A stretch of 44,664 nt of DNA from a phage, in sequence record OZ077758.1; one strand, written 5' to 3'. The notes beneath the pieces were generated by a model. The model worked only from the letters and a program-made list of their open reading frames with translations. It ran no database searches and had not been told where the DNA came from. The translations under genes were made by a program, and so were the position numbers. Shown here one piece after another: positions 26,951 to 35,850 of this stretch (the stretch's first letter is position 1; every line of letters begins with the position of its first letter).

Positions 26951-26979
26951 AATATAATGCAACCAATATGGTTATGCAA
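26951..26979 (-). promoter_or_regulatory. sigma70-like promoter
   Basis: minus strand TTGCAT - 17 bp - TATATT; two direct ATTGGTTGCAT copies (one supplies the -35, one abuts the -10). Confidence 0.5.
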
Positions 26980-26984
26980 CCAAT

Positions 26985-27308
26985 TTACGAATAAAAATTT
27001 GGGTCGCGCGCAACGTCTACCAGATACAGGTTACTAATGCGGTTGCCGTAATGGCCTGGCGTGCGTTGACGGCACACTACGGCATAGCCTGGAGGGATTG
27101 TATTGCCAGTCTCAATAATCCACGCCACGCGTGCGCCGGATAGCGTCTTGCCGTTGCATTCGATACGAGTACCGCCATCGGCAGTGTTAAGGTTGCCGAT
27201 CTTGCAGCCTGTGGACTTCAGGCGAATGACGCCGGTCTTGCTGTCGTAGGAAAAAAGCTGATTGGTCATTGCCACTGAAAAGTCGATGGCTTCAAATGTA
27301 GTATTCAT
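26985..27308 (-). CDS. HNH_3/NUMOD4-like protein with degenerate catalytic residues
   Basis: 107 aa; pattern LSGARVAW..GNTIPPGYAV...GHYGNRISNLYLV resembles HNH_3 homing-endonuclease fold but the canonical first His is replaced; start overlaps methyltransferase stop (ATGA). Confidence 0.45.
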   Translation of the reverse strand: MNTTFEAIDFSVAMTNQLFSYDSKTGVIRLKSTGCKIGNLNTADGGTRIECNGKTLSGARVAWIIETGNTIPPGYAVVCRQRTPGHYGNRISNLYLVDVARDPNFYS

Positions 27309-28000
27309 TTTAAATTTTCCTCATTGACCGCTATCGCGAAGCCGCGCGGGGTGAGCGACCGGATTAATTTTGTGCGGGCAGATTTGCCTCCGAGGCGACT
27401 ATACTGCTTCGAGTACCCTTTTTCAACGAAAACAGGTTTCTTCTCGGGCATACGGAAGCCGTTGCCTGTCCATAAGCAGGTTAGCTTCGGATATGAATCG
27501 CGGGCGTTGATGTATTCCGGGAAGAGCGGGTGTACGTCATCCTCTGGCAGATATCCACCATACTCCCACGGGTCAAACGAGTGGTCCGGCTTACGCCATT
27601 GGGTGGAGAGCACGCTGCGCGGATTCTCAATCATATATGGCACTTCAAAGAAGTCCCCCAGGTAAGCGGCGATCTTCGCGGTGCGCACCGCCTTAAGCTG
27701 AAAGGCTGGGTCTTTTGCACGCTTGCGCGGGAAAGCTGGCGCGCCGCTCACCGCCAGATCAGTACACGGCGGGAATGCATAGATGATATCCGGCGTGCCG
27801 AAATCGCCATTCATCGCGCGGTCCACGAAGTCCAGATCAATAAACTCATTGCGATATCGGATCCCGCGACCATAAATCCGGTAGTCCAGGTACGACCCGT
27901 GGTCGGCTTCGGAGTAGTTGAAGCAATAACACTTATGCCCCATCTCGGCAGCACGCTCAATCATCAAGCCGCTGCCGTCAAATAATGACCAGATAATCAT
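27305..28000 (-). CDS. compact DNA cytosine-5 methyltransferase-like protein
   Basis: 231 aa; motif I SLFDGSG, motif IV FPPC with downstream SGA, motif VI-like ENP; much shorter than typical C5-methyltransferases. Confidence 0.55.
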   Translation of the reverse strand: MIIWSLFDGSGLMIERAAEMGHKCYCFNYSEADHGSYLDYRIYGRGIRYRNEFIDLDFVDRAMNGDFGTPDIIYAFPPCTDLAVSGAPAFPRKRAKDPAFQLKAVRTAKIAAYLGDFFEVPYMIENPRSVLSTQWRKPDHSFDPWEYGGYLPEDDVHPLFPEYINARDSYPKLTCLWTGNGFRMPEKKPVFVEKGYSKQYSRLGGKSARTKLIRSLTPRGFAIAVNEENLK

Positions 28001-29421
28001 TTGCGCGCCTTTTTAGCTTTCATGTATTCCATCAAGTCGTCCTGAATGTCTCGCTTACTGTCGCGACGCTCCGCGACCAGTTCGTCCAGTGTGCCGCGCG
28101 CCTGGATAATGTAGACGAATACGGGGCGAGGGTGCCCGGCTTGCATCTGGCGAACAGGCCCAATACGTTCCACGATCTGCGCAAAGTGCTCATAGTTCCA
28201 GGTGTCTGAGAAGATAGCAAGGTGGTGTCCGCCATCCTGCAAGTTAAGGCCGTGACCTGCCGAAGCCGGGTGCGCGAACATGATGGGGATCTCGCCCCTG
28301 TTCCACGCTTCCATATCCTTATTTCCTTGCTTACCCTTACCCATCGCTACTCCGTGCGGGAATTTCTTCTTGAGACGCGCCAGATCATGCTTATATTGGT
28401 ACGCGACGAGCAACGGTGCGCCGTTCAACTCCTCCACGATACTTTCCAGCGCGTCCAGCTTAGCGTCGTGAATTTTCACCCACTCGTCGGTCCGTTCACC
28501 GTCTTCGTCGACTTTATACACTGCCCCCGAAGCAAGCTGAAGGCACTTAATGGTCTTCGACGCGGCGTTCGCCGCCTCCACCGTTCCGCTTTCCAGTTCG
28601 GCAAATAGCTCCGCTTCGAACTGGTCATAAATCTTGCGGGCTTTCTTCGGCAGGTCCACAACAACCGGCGTATAGATTGGCTTGTCACATCCGAAGTATT
28701 CAGCCGCATCAACGGTGAGCGACACGTCGGACAGGCGTTGTTGTATTTCTTTCTCGGAGTTTTTTAGCGGGGCGTGCTGCATAGTGAAGCTGCCAGGCTT
28801 AACCGGCTTGCTAATAAACCAGCGGTCTGTGAATGCCTTATAACTACTGCCGAGGCGTTCGCCACCGTCGACAAACCACGTCTGACCCCATAAGTCCTTC
28901 AGCCCGTTTGGTGCGGGTGTGCCGGTAAGGTTAATCCAGCGCTTGACGTGCTTATGAGCAATCGCCGCCAGCGCACGGGCGCGCTTACTCCCCTGCTTGC
29001 TTCTATATCCTTTCAGCTTAGTGGATTCATCGGCAACAACTACCGTGAAGGGCCACTCGTCGCCGCAATACTCGACAAGCCACTCAACCACATCATAGTT
29101 AACACAAACCACGTTAGCGTCGCTCTCAAGCGCAGCGATGCGGTCCTTCTCTGACCCGGTGCCGTCTACTACCAGCAGGGCGGGGAAGCGCCATTTTTCT
29201 TGTTCCGGTGGCCATGTGCCCGATGCAACGCGCAGCGGGGCAAGCACCAGTACGCGGTCCTCCTGGTTGGACAGGATGCCGGTCTGGAACATTTTATTCA
29301 GTGCCCACATGGTCGCGCCAGTTTTACCCGACCCCATTGTCGCCCATATATTGCATCGCTTATGCTTGAGGATGAACGCGGTTATCAACTTCTGATATTC
29401 GCGACGTCGGAAACGTGCCAT
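27997..29421 (-). CDS. SNF2-family helicase
   Basis: 474 aa from ATG 29421; Walker A GSGKTG, DExx box VVADES, LTGTP motif. Confidence 0.8.
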   Translation of the reverse strand: MARFRRREYQKLITAFILKHKRCNIWATMGSGKTGATMWALNKMFQTGILSNQEDRVLVLAPLRVASGTWPPEQEKWRFPALLVVDGTGSEKDRIAALESDANVVCVNYDVVEWLVEYCGDEWPFTVVVADESTKLKGYRSKQGSKRARALAAIAHKHVKRWINLTGTPAPNGLKDLWGQTWFVDGGERLGSSYKAFTDRWFISKPVKPGSFTMQHAPLKNSEKEIQQRLSDVSLTVDAAEYFGCDKPIYTPVVVDLPKKARKIYDQFEAELFAELESGTVEAANAASKTIKCLQLASGAVYKVDEDGERTDEWVKIHDAKLDALESIVEELNGAPLLVAYQYKHDLARLKKKFPHGVAMGKGKQGNKDMEAWNRGEIPIMFAHPASAGHGLNLQDGGHHLAIFSDTWNYEHFAQIVERIGPVRQMQAGHPRPVFVYIIQARGTLDELVAERRDSKRDIQDDLMEYMKAKKARK

Positions 29422-29425
29422 ATCT

Positions 29426-29659
29426 TTATTCCGCCTTTTTCCAGACTTCGGTTTCACTGTTCCAGTTCCTTTTTGTGGCGTCGTAGTTGGTGCGGTGCCC
29501 GATGTGCACACCCGTCGCCCGGAAGCTCTTAAATTTTTGCCAGCATACCGTCAACGGCAGCGGGTCATTCATGCCCGCGATAAACCATACGCGATCGCCC
29601 GGTTTACATTCGCCCAGCTTGGTGAGTCGGTAATGATCTTTCATCGTCATGTCTCCCAA
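29426..29659 (-). CDS. hypothetical protein
   Basis: 77-aa ORF between Zn-ribbon gene and helicase. Confidence 0.4.
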   Translation of the reverse strand: MGDMTMKDHYRLTKLGECKPGDRVWFIAGMNDPLPLTVCWQKFKSFRATGVHIGHRTNYDATKRNWNSETEVWKKAE

Positions 29660-29687
29660 AAATGGCGGGACAAGCCCGCCGTATTAA

Positions 29688-29861
29688 TTATTTTTGCTCT
29701 GCGCGGTAGCGGCGCTGCCGTTCGCGCTCTTTTTTATTGCGGCACGATTTGCACTCGGCCCGATACCCGTCTGGACTGCGCGCAGTCTTACCGGTGTATT
29801 TGTGGAACTGGGATAGCGGTTTAACGCAGCCGCAATTACTGCAGCGTTTTTCTTCAATCAT
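29688..29861 (-). CDS. small zinc-ribbon protein
   Basis: 57 aa from ATG 29861 with RBS GAGGA; CxxC ... CxxC (CSNCGC ... CKSC); basic C-terminus. Confidence 0.5.
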   Translation of the reverse strand: MIEEKRCSNCGCVKPLSQFHKYTGKTARSPDGYRAECKSCRNKKERERQRRYRAEQK

Positions 29862-29892
29862 TTCTAAAATCCTCGATATGGCTAACCGGCAC

Positions 29893-29921
29893 AATATACC
29901 GCTACGCGACCAATTCAGCAA
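29893..29921 (-). promoter_or_regulatory. sigma70-like internal promoter
   Basis: minus strand TTGCTG - 17 bp - TATATT with ATTGGTTGC at the -35; lies inside the 3' end of the VRR-NUC gene. Confidence 0.4.
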
Positions 29922-30180
29922 CCAATAAATCACAGTCGGCTATGTTGTCGATAACGCGAACGTCCGCACCGCGGCGGGCCATCCGCTCATGTTCTCGTAC
30001 CTGGTGCGGCTTCGGTTTGCCTCCGGGGCGCTTCACTTCGACGAAAACTATTCTGCCGTTGATGATGATGATCAGATCTGGCGCACCTGCGCGCCCCTCC
30101 CAAGCCACTTTGCGGCAGAATCCGCCTACCGCTTTCACCCGTCGCATCAGGTGACTTTGAATCTTGCCCTCTGGTGTCAT
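29902..30180 (-). CDS. VRR-NUC domain nuclease
   Basis: 92 aa from ATG 30180 overlapping polymerase stop; motifs GAPDLIII and VFVEVKRPGGK..Q. Confidence 0.7.
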   Translation of the reverse strand: MTPEGKIQSHLMRRVKAVGGFCRKVAWEGRAGAPDLIIIINGRIVFVEVKRPGGKPKPHQVREHERMARRGADVRVIDNIADCDLLVAELVA

Positions 30181-32471
30181 TATTTCCTGTACCTGTACAT
30201 AATGTCGCCTTCCGCGGCAAGCGGGAAGCCTTTCGCCCAAATAGGCAGGTTGCACATCAGCGCGCACAATTCCTCGGTAGTGTAGTCGTCGGTATCCGGC
30301 ACTTCGGTTATCAGTTCATCGTGTACGGACAGTACGATCTCATACCCCGCAGCTTCAACGCCCGGCATGGACCATGCGAGGATATCGCGGCACAGCGCCT
30401 GCACGATGTTTTCCGTGAGTTTGCCGCCGTAGGTGTACTGGAAGCCCCACTGGCGGGTCGTCTGATTCTCGCCCTGATATTTAATGCGGGTGCTGGTGCG
30501 TTTCTTGCCAGTATCTTCGTCGATCTCGGTAGTGACAGACAGCGCGATGCCCGGATAACTCATAATACGCCCTGAAGGCAACTCAATTTTCAACCACCAC
30601 CCCGCGGCGTTCGGGTCGTCGCGTTCCTCGTCGAAGGTTGGGTCATGCTTCGCCTTCGTGCGGACTATCTTGAGCGCTTTCTTACCATCCGGGCGAACGT
30701 TCGCGCCAGCCCAGTACGCTTTGCCAGGATTGCGGATTGCACACAACACCGCGTCCTCAAGCTCGGCCCAAAAGGCTACCGTCTTCGGGTGCGCCTCTCG
30801 CCACATGCGTTTAATCGCATCACACGTAAGCCATACGTTTTTCGGCAGTATGTAAGTCGGGCGCTCGTCCTTCTTGCCAGGCTTCGGCGGTCGCTTCGCT
30901 TCGTTAATGCGGGCGTACTCATAACCCCGTTTAGCCGCTGCCCAAATGTGATCGGGGAATGTGCCCTTCATGACGTCCGCCATCGCGTAAAGGTCGAGGC
31001 CCAGGTTTTTAGCGAACTGCAAGAACGCAGCCACGCCGCCGCCATAGCCAAGTCCCAACTCACACGCCTTACCAATCTGGCGTAGGTCTTTGCGGTTGGC
31101 TTTAATGTATTCCGGGTCGAGGCCAAACATCTTACCGGCAGTTTCACAATAGATATCGCGACCCGCCCTAAACACCATTAGCGCGGTTTTCTCACCAGCG
31201 ATCCAGGCAAGCCCGCGACCTTCCACGTTAGAATAGTCAGCTACAACAAACTTCTTGCCCTTAGCCGGGATAATGCACCCGCGAACGGTCGAGGCCGTTA
31301 ACTTCGATATGTCATACGCCCAGTGCGCTGTCCCGCGTAACAGGGAGTTGATGCCGTTGGTGAGCATGTGCGACCGGACCCAAAAAGAAACGTCGCTCTC
31401 GCCATCACGGCGCTTAATCTTCCCTTCGTGGTCGTCGCTATACTCGCCGCGCGCCAGGTTTTGCGGCTGGAAGCCTTTGCCCGCCCAGCGTAGCGTGCGT
31501 TTCGCCCCACCATACTGGAGACACCCACGACGGCGACCATCTGCAGATAAGCCATTAACGAGCGGATTGTACTTAGTCGATGCCGTTGATGATGCACCGA
31601 GGCGCATCTCGATAAGCACTTTGCCCTCGTCGGGGAAGTCCGGGTCTTCCAGCAGGTCGTTAAGCGTGGATTTCTGCGCGTTGTGTATTGTGAACGCAGG
31701 CGCGAGGTCGCGCAGCGCTGGCAGGAAGTCATTGCCTGTCAGCTTACCGCCGAAGCGCTCCCATGCTTCTTCCTTCAATTCTTCCTTATGCGCCTGCACC
31801 GCTTTGATCGCGGCGTTCGCCAGGTCAACGTCAACGTAGAAGCCGCGGTCGTTAATCAACTGGTCGATGAGCAGGATTTCATCTTCCTTCGGTGAGTTGC
31901 CCCAGTCCGGTATGCGCCAGTAGACTTCACGCATGGCAACAATATCCAGCGCGGCATAGCGCAGAAATTTGGCCCATTCTTCCGGGTGAGTCTCGCGAGT
32001 GTAGCGGCGTATTTTGTAGGTCTTAGGGGTAGGCTTACAGAATCGTTTAATCAGCGCCTTGCCTGCCTTATCCTTCGCGTGCTCTGCGTCAACGCCCAGC
32101 ACCTGGCACTGCATATCGAGGCTACCGGGCAGCGCGTGGCGAAAGGCCATAATCATGGTGTCTTCGATCTGGCTTACCGGAAGGTCAATACCCCACTTCT
32201 CGCGAATAACCAGGCGGTCAAACAGGAGGCCGTTAGCCATCACTATTTTTGCTTTCTTGCGGGAAACACGGCGGAGCGCCTTGCGCAGTTCACGCGGCAT
32301 TGTTGGGGATTCAGTGGCGTCCCATGTCTGCACGCGGCCCTCGTCGATGGCGTAGGTGCAAATCATAATCTCGGTTGATGGGTGTTCTGCGTAGGCGTAA
32401 GCGCCTACTTTCTTCAGGTCCACCCCGCTAAATGTCTCGGTATCGAGAAACAGGCGTTCGAAGTCTTTCAT
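30180..32471 (-). CDS. DNA polymerase I (family A) with 3'-5' exonuclease domain
   Basis: 763 aa; Exo I DTETFSG, motif A DYSNVEGR, motif B RQIGKACELGLGYGGG, motif C SVHDELI. Confidence 0.9.
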   Translation of the reverse strand: MKDFERLFLDTETFSGVDLKKVGAYAYAEHPSTEIMICTYAIDEGRVQTWDATESPTMPRELRKALRRVSRKKAKIVMANGLLFDRLVIREKWGIDLPVSQIEDTMIMAFRHALPGSLDMQCQVLGVDAEHAKDKAGKALIKRFCKPTPKTYKIRRYTRETHPEEWAKFLRYAALDIVAMREVYWRIPDWGNSPKEDEILLIDQLINDRGFYVDVDLANAAIKAVQAHKEELKEEAWERFGGKLTGNDFLPALRDLAPAFTIHNAQKSTLNDLLEDPDFPDEGKVLIEMRLGASSTASTKYNPLVNGLSADGRRRGCLQYGGAKRTLRWAGKGFQPQNLARGEYSDDHEGKIKRRDGESDVSFWVRSHMLTNGINSLLRGTAHWAYDISKLTASTVRGCIIPAKGKKFVVADYSNVEGRGLAWIAGEKTALMVFRAGRDIYCETAGKMFGLDPEYIKANRKDLRQIGKACELGLGYGGGVAAFLQFAKNLGLDLYAMADVMKGTFPDHIWAAAKRGYEYARINEAKRPPKPGKKDERPTYILPKNVWLTCDAIKRMWREAHPKTVAFWAELEDAVLCAIRNPGKAYWAGANVRPDGKKALKIVRTKAKHDPTFDEERDDPNAAGWWLKIELPSGRIMSYPGIALSVTTEIDEDTGKKRTSTRIKYQGENQTTRQWGFQYTYGGKLTENIVQALCRDILAWSMPGVEAAGYEIVLSVHDELITEVPDTDDYTTEELCALMCNLPIWAKGFPLAAEGDIMYRYRK

Positions 32472-32638
32472 TGCTTTATCCTCACTACGGCGTCAGCGCT
32501 GCCGATCATGGAGAAGATGCCGTCGGACAGGGAGATTTCTTCGCCGTTGTTGCGAATCTCGGCAACTGTGAAATATTCCCCCAGTAGCTTGGACCATACT
32601 TGCATTCCGACTTTTACTTCGCTGGCTTTAATACGCAT
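32468..32638 (-). CDS. small hypothetical protein coupled to polymerase
   Basis: 56-aa ORF hand-translated (not in supplied track); stop overlaps polymerase ATG (ATGA), RBS AGGA. Confidence 0.3.
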   Translation of the reverse strand: MRIKASEVKVGMQVWSKLLGEYFTVAEIRNNGEEISLSDGIFSMIGSADAVVRIKQ

Positions 32639-32653
32639 TTTTCATTGTCCTAT

Positions 32654-32677
32654 TAAAAAGCCCGCATTAAGCGGGCT
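32654..32677 (-). terminator. rho-independent terminator (minus strand) inside early operon
   Basis: minus strand hairpin GCCCGCTTAATGCGGGC followed by TTTTT; between SSB-like gene and polymerase. Confidence 0.65.
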
Positions 32678-32696
32678 TGAATAGTGGGCTTTGCCC

Positions 32697-33476
32697 TTAA
32701 CGGCGGCGACGTTTACGTGGCGCTTCGTCTTCGTCGTCGTCCTCATCTTCGTCATCGCGTGGCTTACGACGTTTGCGAGGTTTTTCATCTTCCTCATCGT
32801 CGTCGTCATCGCGGCGCTTGGATTTCTTGGACTTGCGCGGCTTGTCATCATCATCGTCATCACGACGTTTTGACTTTTTGGACTTGCGCGGTGCTTCGTC
32901 TTCGTCGTCGTTGTCCAGGTCTTCATCGGAGCAAGAAGACCCGCCACCTCCGAAGGCTTCGCCGTCTTCACGGAATCGCAGACCCAGCAAGCCAGCACCG
33001 AGACCCTTGCCGTTGGTATTGTTCCATGCCCAAATATCAAGGGACACGTTGCAATAACAACCGGAGTAGATCTCCTGGCCTTCAATCTCGTCGCCGTCGA
33101 TGGTCAGACCTTGTTCAGTCTGCTTCTCGCCGAGTGACGTTTGAATGATTGGTTGTTTGAACGATTTGGCGTTGATATACAACATGCCTTCGAATTCTTC
33201 GGTTACTTCATCGCGTTCGTCGCCGTCGCGAACTGCACATTCCTTAGAATCCTGGGCGTAGTGGCGGTCCATCCACTTATCGGCATTCTTCTCGGATTTC
33301 AGCTTATCGGTGAGCACTGCGCGCGCTGCCGCTTCCACTTTGTCCACCTGCGGATCTTCTTTATCAAGAAGAATCACGGCACGGTATGCCGGTTTTTGTC
33401 CATCCTGTTTAGGGGTGTCACGTTCCCAAATTTTCAGGAAGCATACGCGCACATTTTTCAGGTTGACTTTAGCCAT
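32697..33476 (-). CDS. putative ssDNA-binding protein (DUF2815-like) with charged repeat tail
   Basis: 259 aa from ATG 33476 (RBS GAGGA); N-terminus MAKVNLKNVRV; C-terminal 70 aa are alternating poly-Asp/Glu and Lys/Arg blocks; position next to Cas4-like nuclease and polymerase. Confidence 0.5.
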   Translation of the reverse strand: MAKVNLKNVRVCFLKIWERDTPKQDGQKPAYRAVILLDKEDPQVDKVEAAARAVLTDKLKSEKNADKWMDRHYAQDSKECAVRDGDERDEVTEEFEGMLYINAKSFKQPIIQTSLGEKQTEQGLTIDGDEIEGQEIYSGCYCNVSLDIWAWNNTNGKGLGAGLLGLRFREDGEAFGGGGSSCSDEDLDNDDEDEAPRKSKKSKRRDDDDDDKPRKSKKSKRRDDDDDEEDEKPRKRRKPRDDEDEDDDEDEAPRKRRRR

Positions 33477-33541
33477 TTTCCAATTCCTCATTTTCACATG
33501 TATCGGGGTTATTGGAAGCCACCCCGTTCGGCTTGGTTGCT

Positions 33542-33570
33542 AATCTACTTGGTTGCGCCTAAGCGGTCAA
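33542..33570 (-). promoter_or_regulatory. sigma70-like promoter upstream of SSB-like gene
   Basis: minus strand TTGACC - 17 bp - TAGATT; two TTGGTTGC copies on + strand at 33533..33540 and 33549..33556. Confidence 0.4.
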
Positions 33571-33809
33571 GCATTTTCATTAAAAAGATTTCTGGTAACG
33601 TAGTTGGTCGCGTTCTCGATCCAGCTTAACGGCGGGCGGTTAATGTTCTTCTCCACCCAATCGACGGCCGCTTCGCTATAACCGTCATCCAGCCAGCGGG
33701 TCGGATGGCGAATCATCCACGCCACCATTAACACGCCTTGCACGCAATGCAGGATAAAGCCCAGCGCGCCGAGCAAAAACATCAATAAGATTGCGAATAC
33801 TTTATTCAT
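33567..33809 (-). CDS. small membrane protein
   Basis: 80 aa; N-terminal hydrophobic segment. Confidence 0.45.
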   Translation of the reverse strand: MNKVFAILLMFLLGALGFILHCVQGVLMVAWMIRHPTRWLDDGYSEAAVDWVEKNINRPPLSWIENATNYVTRNLFNENA

Positions 33810-35232
33810 TGCTTAAGTCCTCGTCAGTGGCTTCAGACCACGCAGGGCGCGGGTCGTCAATTGGTGCTAATACAGGTTTAGCCGGTGCGCGCGTGATTTT
33901 ATCACACAACTTCGCCCACACTTTCGGCTTCTCGTCCTTAAGTACCTTCTCGGCATCCGTAGGACTGAGCAATGTTTCTTTGTACATCACATCGCGCTTG
34001 ATCCGGGCCTTCGTGAAGATCTCAATCACTTCGCTCTCGTCCGCCCACTTGCGGATCCCTTCCTTACCGGCAACCATCTTGAGGCCAAGCGATTCGCCAT
34101 CGCCCGCCATAACCGCCTTGAATACCGCGGACTCGATAGCCTTGATGTGCTGGCGCATTGCGTCTAAACCTTCATACGCCTTGCGCAGTTCCGCGGCAGT
34201 CATAGCGCCGGGGGCCGCTTCTTTCTTGCCACGCTTCGCACGTCGTGCCGCCTTCCGGGCTTCGCGGGCCATATTGCGATCGTGGTTGGCGCATTCCTCC
34301 TCTGTAGCGATACTCACGTCGTCGCCCAGGTCTTCGTCGGTTGCCGTTGGAGGTGTCATCGTGTCGATTGCGGCCTTAGCGCGGGCACTACACTGATCCG
34401 CAAATCTGCACCACTGGCACGCATCAACGCTCGGTCGGAAGTCGGCACGGGTGAGTCCCTTTTTGCCGCGGGAGTACGCTTCCAGGGCGGCGACAGCACG
34501 CTTGGACGCAAACTTCGCGAATATCTCCAGGGCTTCTACCGTAATATCCCACTCCGACGCCCCGCCGCAATACGGCTGGAAGATAACCAGGCGCACGGTC
34601 GTAATGTCGTACATGGTTTTCAGCTTGCGCAGCAGGCCCAGCGCATACAACATAAGCTGTTTGTTCTCTTTCGCCTCGACCTTATGCCGCCCGGTCTTCA
34701 GGTCGCCAACAATCAGCATGTACGTCCCATCGGTCTTTTTCATGACCATGACCATATCGGCAGTACCGAACGTTTTAATCCTGTTGCCGTCGATCTCGTA
34801 GCCTGAGTGAAGGACGCGGGTCAGATCGGCGCGCATCTCAAGCTGAACAAACTCCGCCACTTCGAGGAGCGGTCGCCAGTGGTCGATGTATGCGTCGCAC
34901 TGTTTCACCATGTCGTCGTTGACCAGTACGCCGCCTTTCGGTGCTTTCGGGTGCGCCTTTACCGGCCCCTTACCTTCGTTCTCGACGTAGCACCCTTTGT
35001 ACGTCTTAGCGGTTATCAGCTTCTCACCGGCAATGATGCGGTTGAGCACGACTTCCGATACGGTGTGCATACTCGTACCGTTAATAGCCGCTTGCCCGGA
35101 TTCGTTCGGTATCCCTTGTTCTACCACCAGGGCCGCGGGACACCCCATCCATTTTTTAGCACCGGACGGGCCGAGTAATGAGTGTTCCGTGTTGCTACCG
35201 GATTGTGTTTTGCGCTTCGGTTTAATCGCCAT
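33802..35232 (-). CDS. PD-(D/E)xK nuclease with Cas4-like Fe-S cysteines (DUF2800-like)
   Basis: 476 aa from ATG 35232; GDLKTG...VEAKENKQLMLY (D, ExK, QxxxY) plus one N-terminal Cys and C-terminal CQWC...C cluster; long charged C-terminal extension. Confidence 0.65.
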   Translation of the reverse strand: MAIKPKRKTQSGSNTEHSLLGPSGAKKWMGCPAALVVEQGIPNESGQAAINGTSMHTVSEVVLNRIIAGEKLITAKTYKGCYVENEGKGPVKAHPKAPKGGVLVNDDMVKQCDAYIDHWRPLLEVAEFVQLEMRADLTRVLHSGYEIDGNRIKTFGTADMVMVMKKTDGTYMLIVGDLKTGRHKVEAKENKQLMLYALGLLRKLKTMYDITTVRLVIFQPYCGGASEWDITVEALEIFAKFASKRAVAALEAYSRGKKGLTRADFRPSVDACQWCRFADQCSARAKAAIDTMTPPTATDEDLGDDVSIATEEECANHDRNMAREARKAARRAKRGKKEAAPGAMTAAELRKAYEGLDAMRQHIKAIESAVFKAVMAGDGESLGLKMVAGKEGIRKWADESEVIEIFTKARIKRDVMYKETLLSPTDAEKVLKDEKPKVWAKLCDKITRAPAKPVLAPIDDPRPAWSEATDEDLSNE

Positions 35233-35420
35233 TATTCCACCCTTGAAAATTGAGCAATGTAATAATCGTGTTCGACATTGGCCCGCTTCGCGGCATTGTT
35301 CATGGTAGCCGCCAGTCCTCGAGCTTGCATCCAGCAGCAATTCCAGTTTTGATTCATAACAATTTCTGGTTGCTCGTCGCCGGTAATACGGCAACGAAAT
35401 AAAACAAAGAATATAGCCAT
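35232..35420 (-). CDS. hypothetical protein
   Basis: 62-aa ORF coupled to neighbours. Confidence 0.35.
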   Translation of the reverse strand: MAIFFVLFRCRITGDEQPEIVMNQNWNCCWMQARGLAATMNNAAKRANVEHDYYIAQFSRVE

Positions 35421-35672
35421 TTATTTTGTCTCCCAGCGGTCAATTGTTTTTGCTTCGGATGCAACTGCGAAGCGAACATATTCCAGATTGGAATCCGCCC
35501 AAATATAAAAGTCGGGGTTAGTAAAGGTGGTGCGCTTAATTTGCGCGGGGGTGTTACGGCGTTTATCTATTACGGCAACGCGTGACTGAAAGCTGCCGAT
35601 GCGTTCGAATAGCCAATAGTACGGGCGCTGGTCGCGGGAGTCCACCGCCTCGATTAGCGTGAAGCGTGCCAT
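35421..35672 (-). CDS. hypothetical protein
   Basis: 83-aa ORF, RBS GAGGA, preceded by hairpin GGCCCGC..GCGGGCC. Confidence 0.45.
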   Translation of the reverse strand: MARFTLIEAVDSRDQRPYYWLFERIGSFQSRVAVIDKRRNTPAQIKRTTFTNPDFYIWADSNLEYVRFAVASEAKTIDRWETK

Positions 35673-35850
35673 TGTCTCGTCCTCTAAAAATAGGCCCGCA
35701 GATTAGCGGGCCGGAATATATTAATCTTCACCGCCGAGTTGTCTATAAACCTCGTCCGGGTCGTCGCCTCTTTCTTCGCAGAAGGCGGTGAACGCCGCCC
35801 AATTTTCTGCTATGAAATCGAGCATGATTCGCATTTCATAGTCCATGATA

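Noticed and set aside
32642-33148. Several ORFs on both strands across the SSB 3' repeat region (for example 32684..33148 +, 32642..33085 -)
   Set aside because: Artefacts of the tandem acidic/basic codon repeats; no independent start signals.
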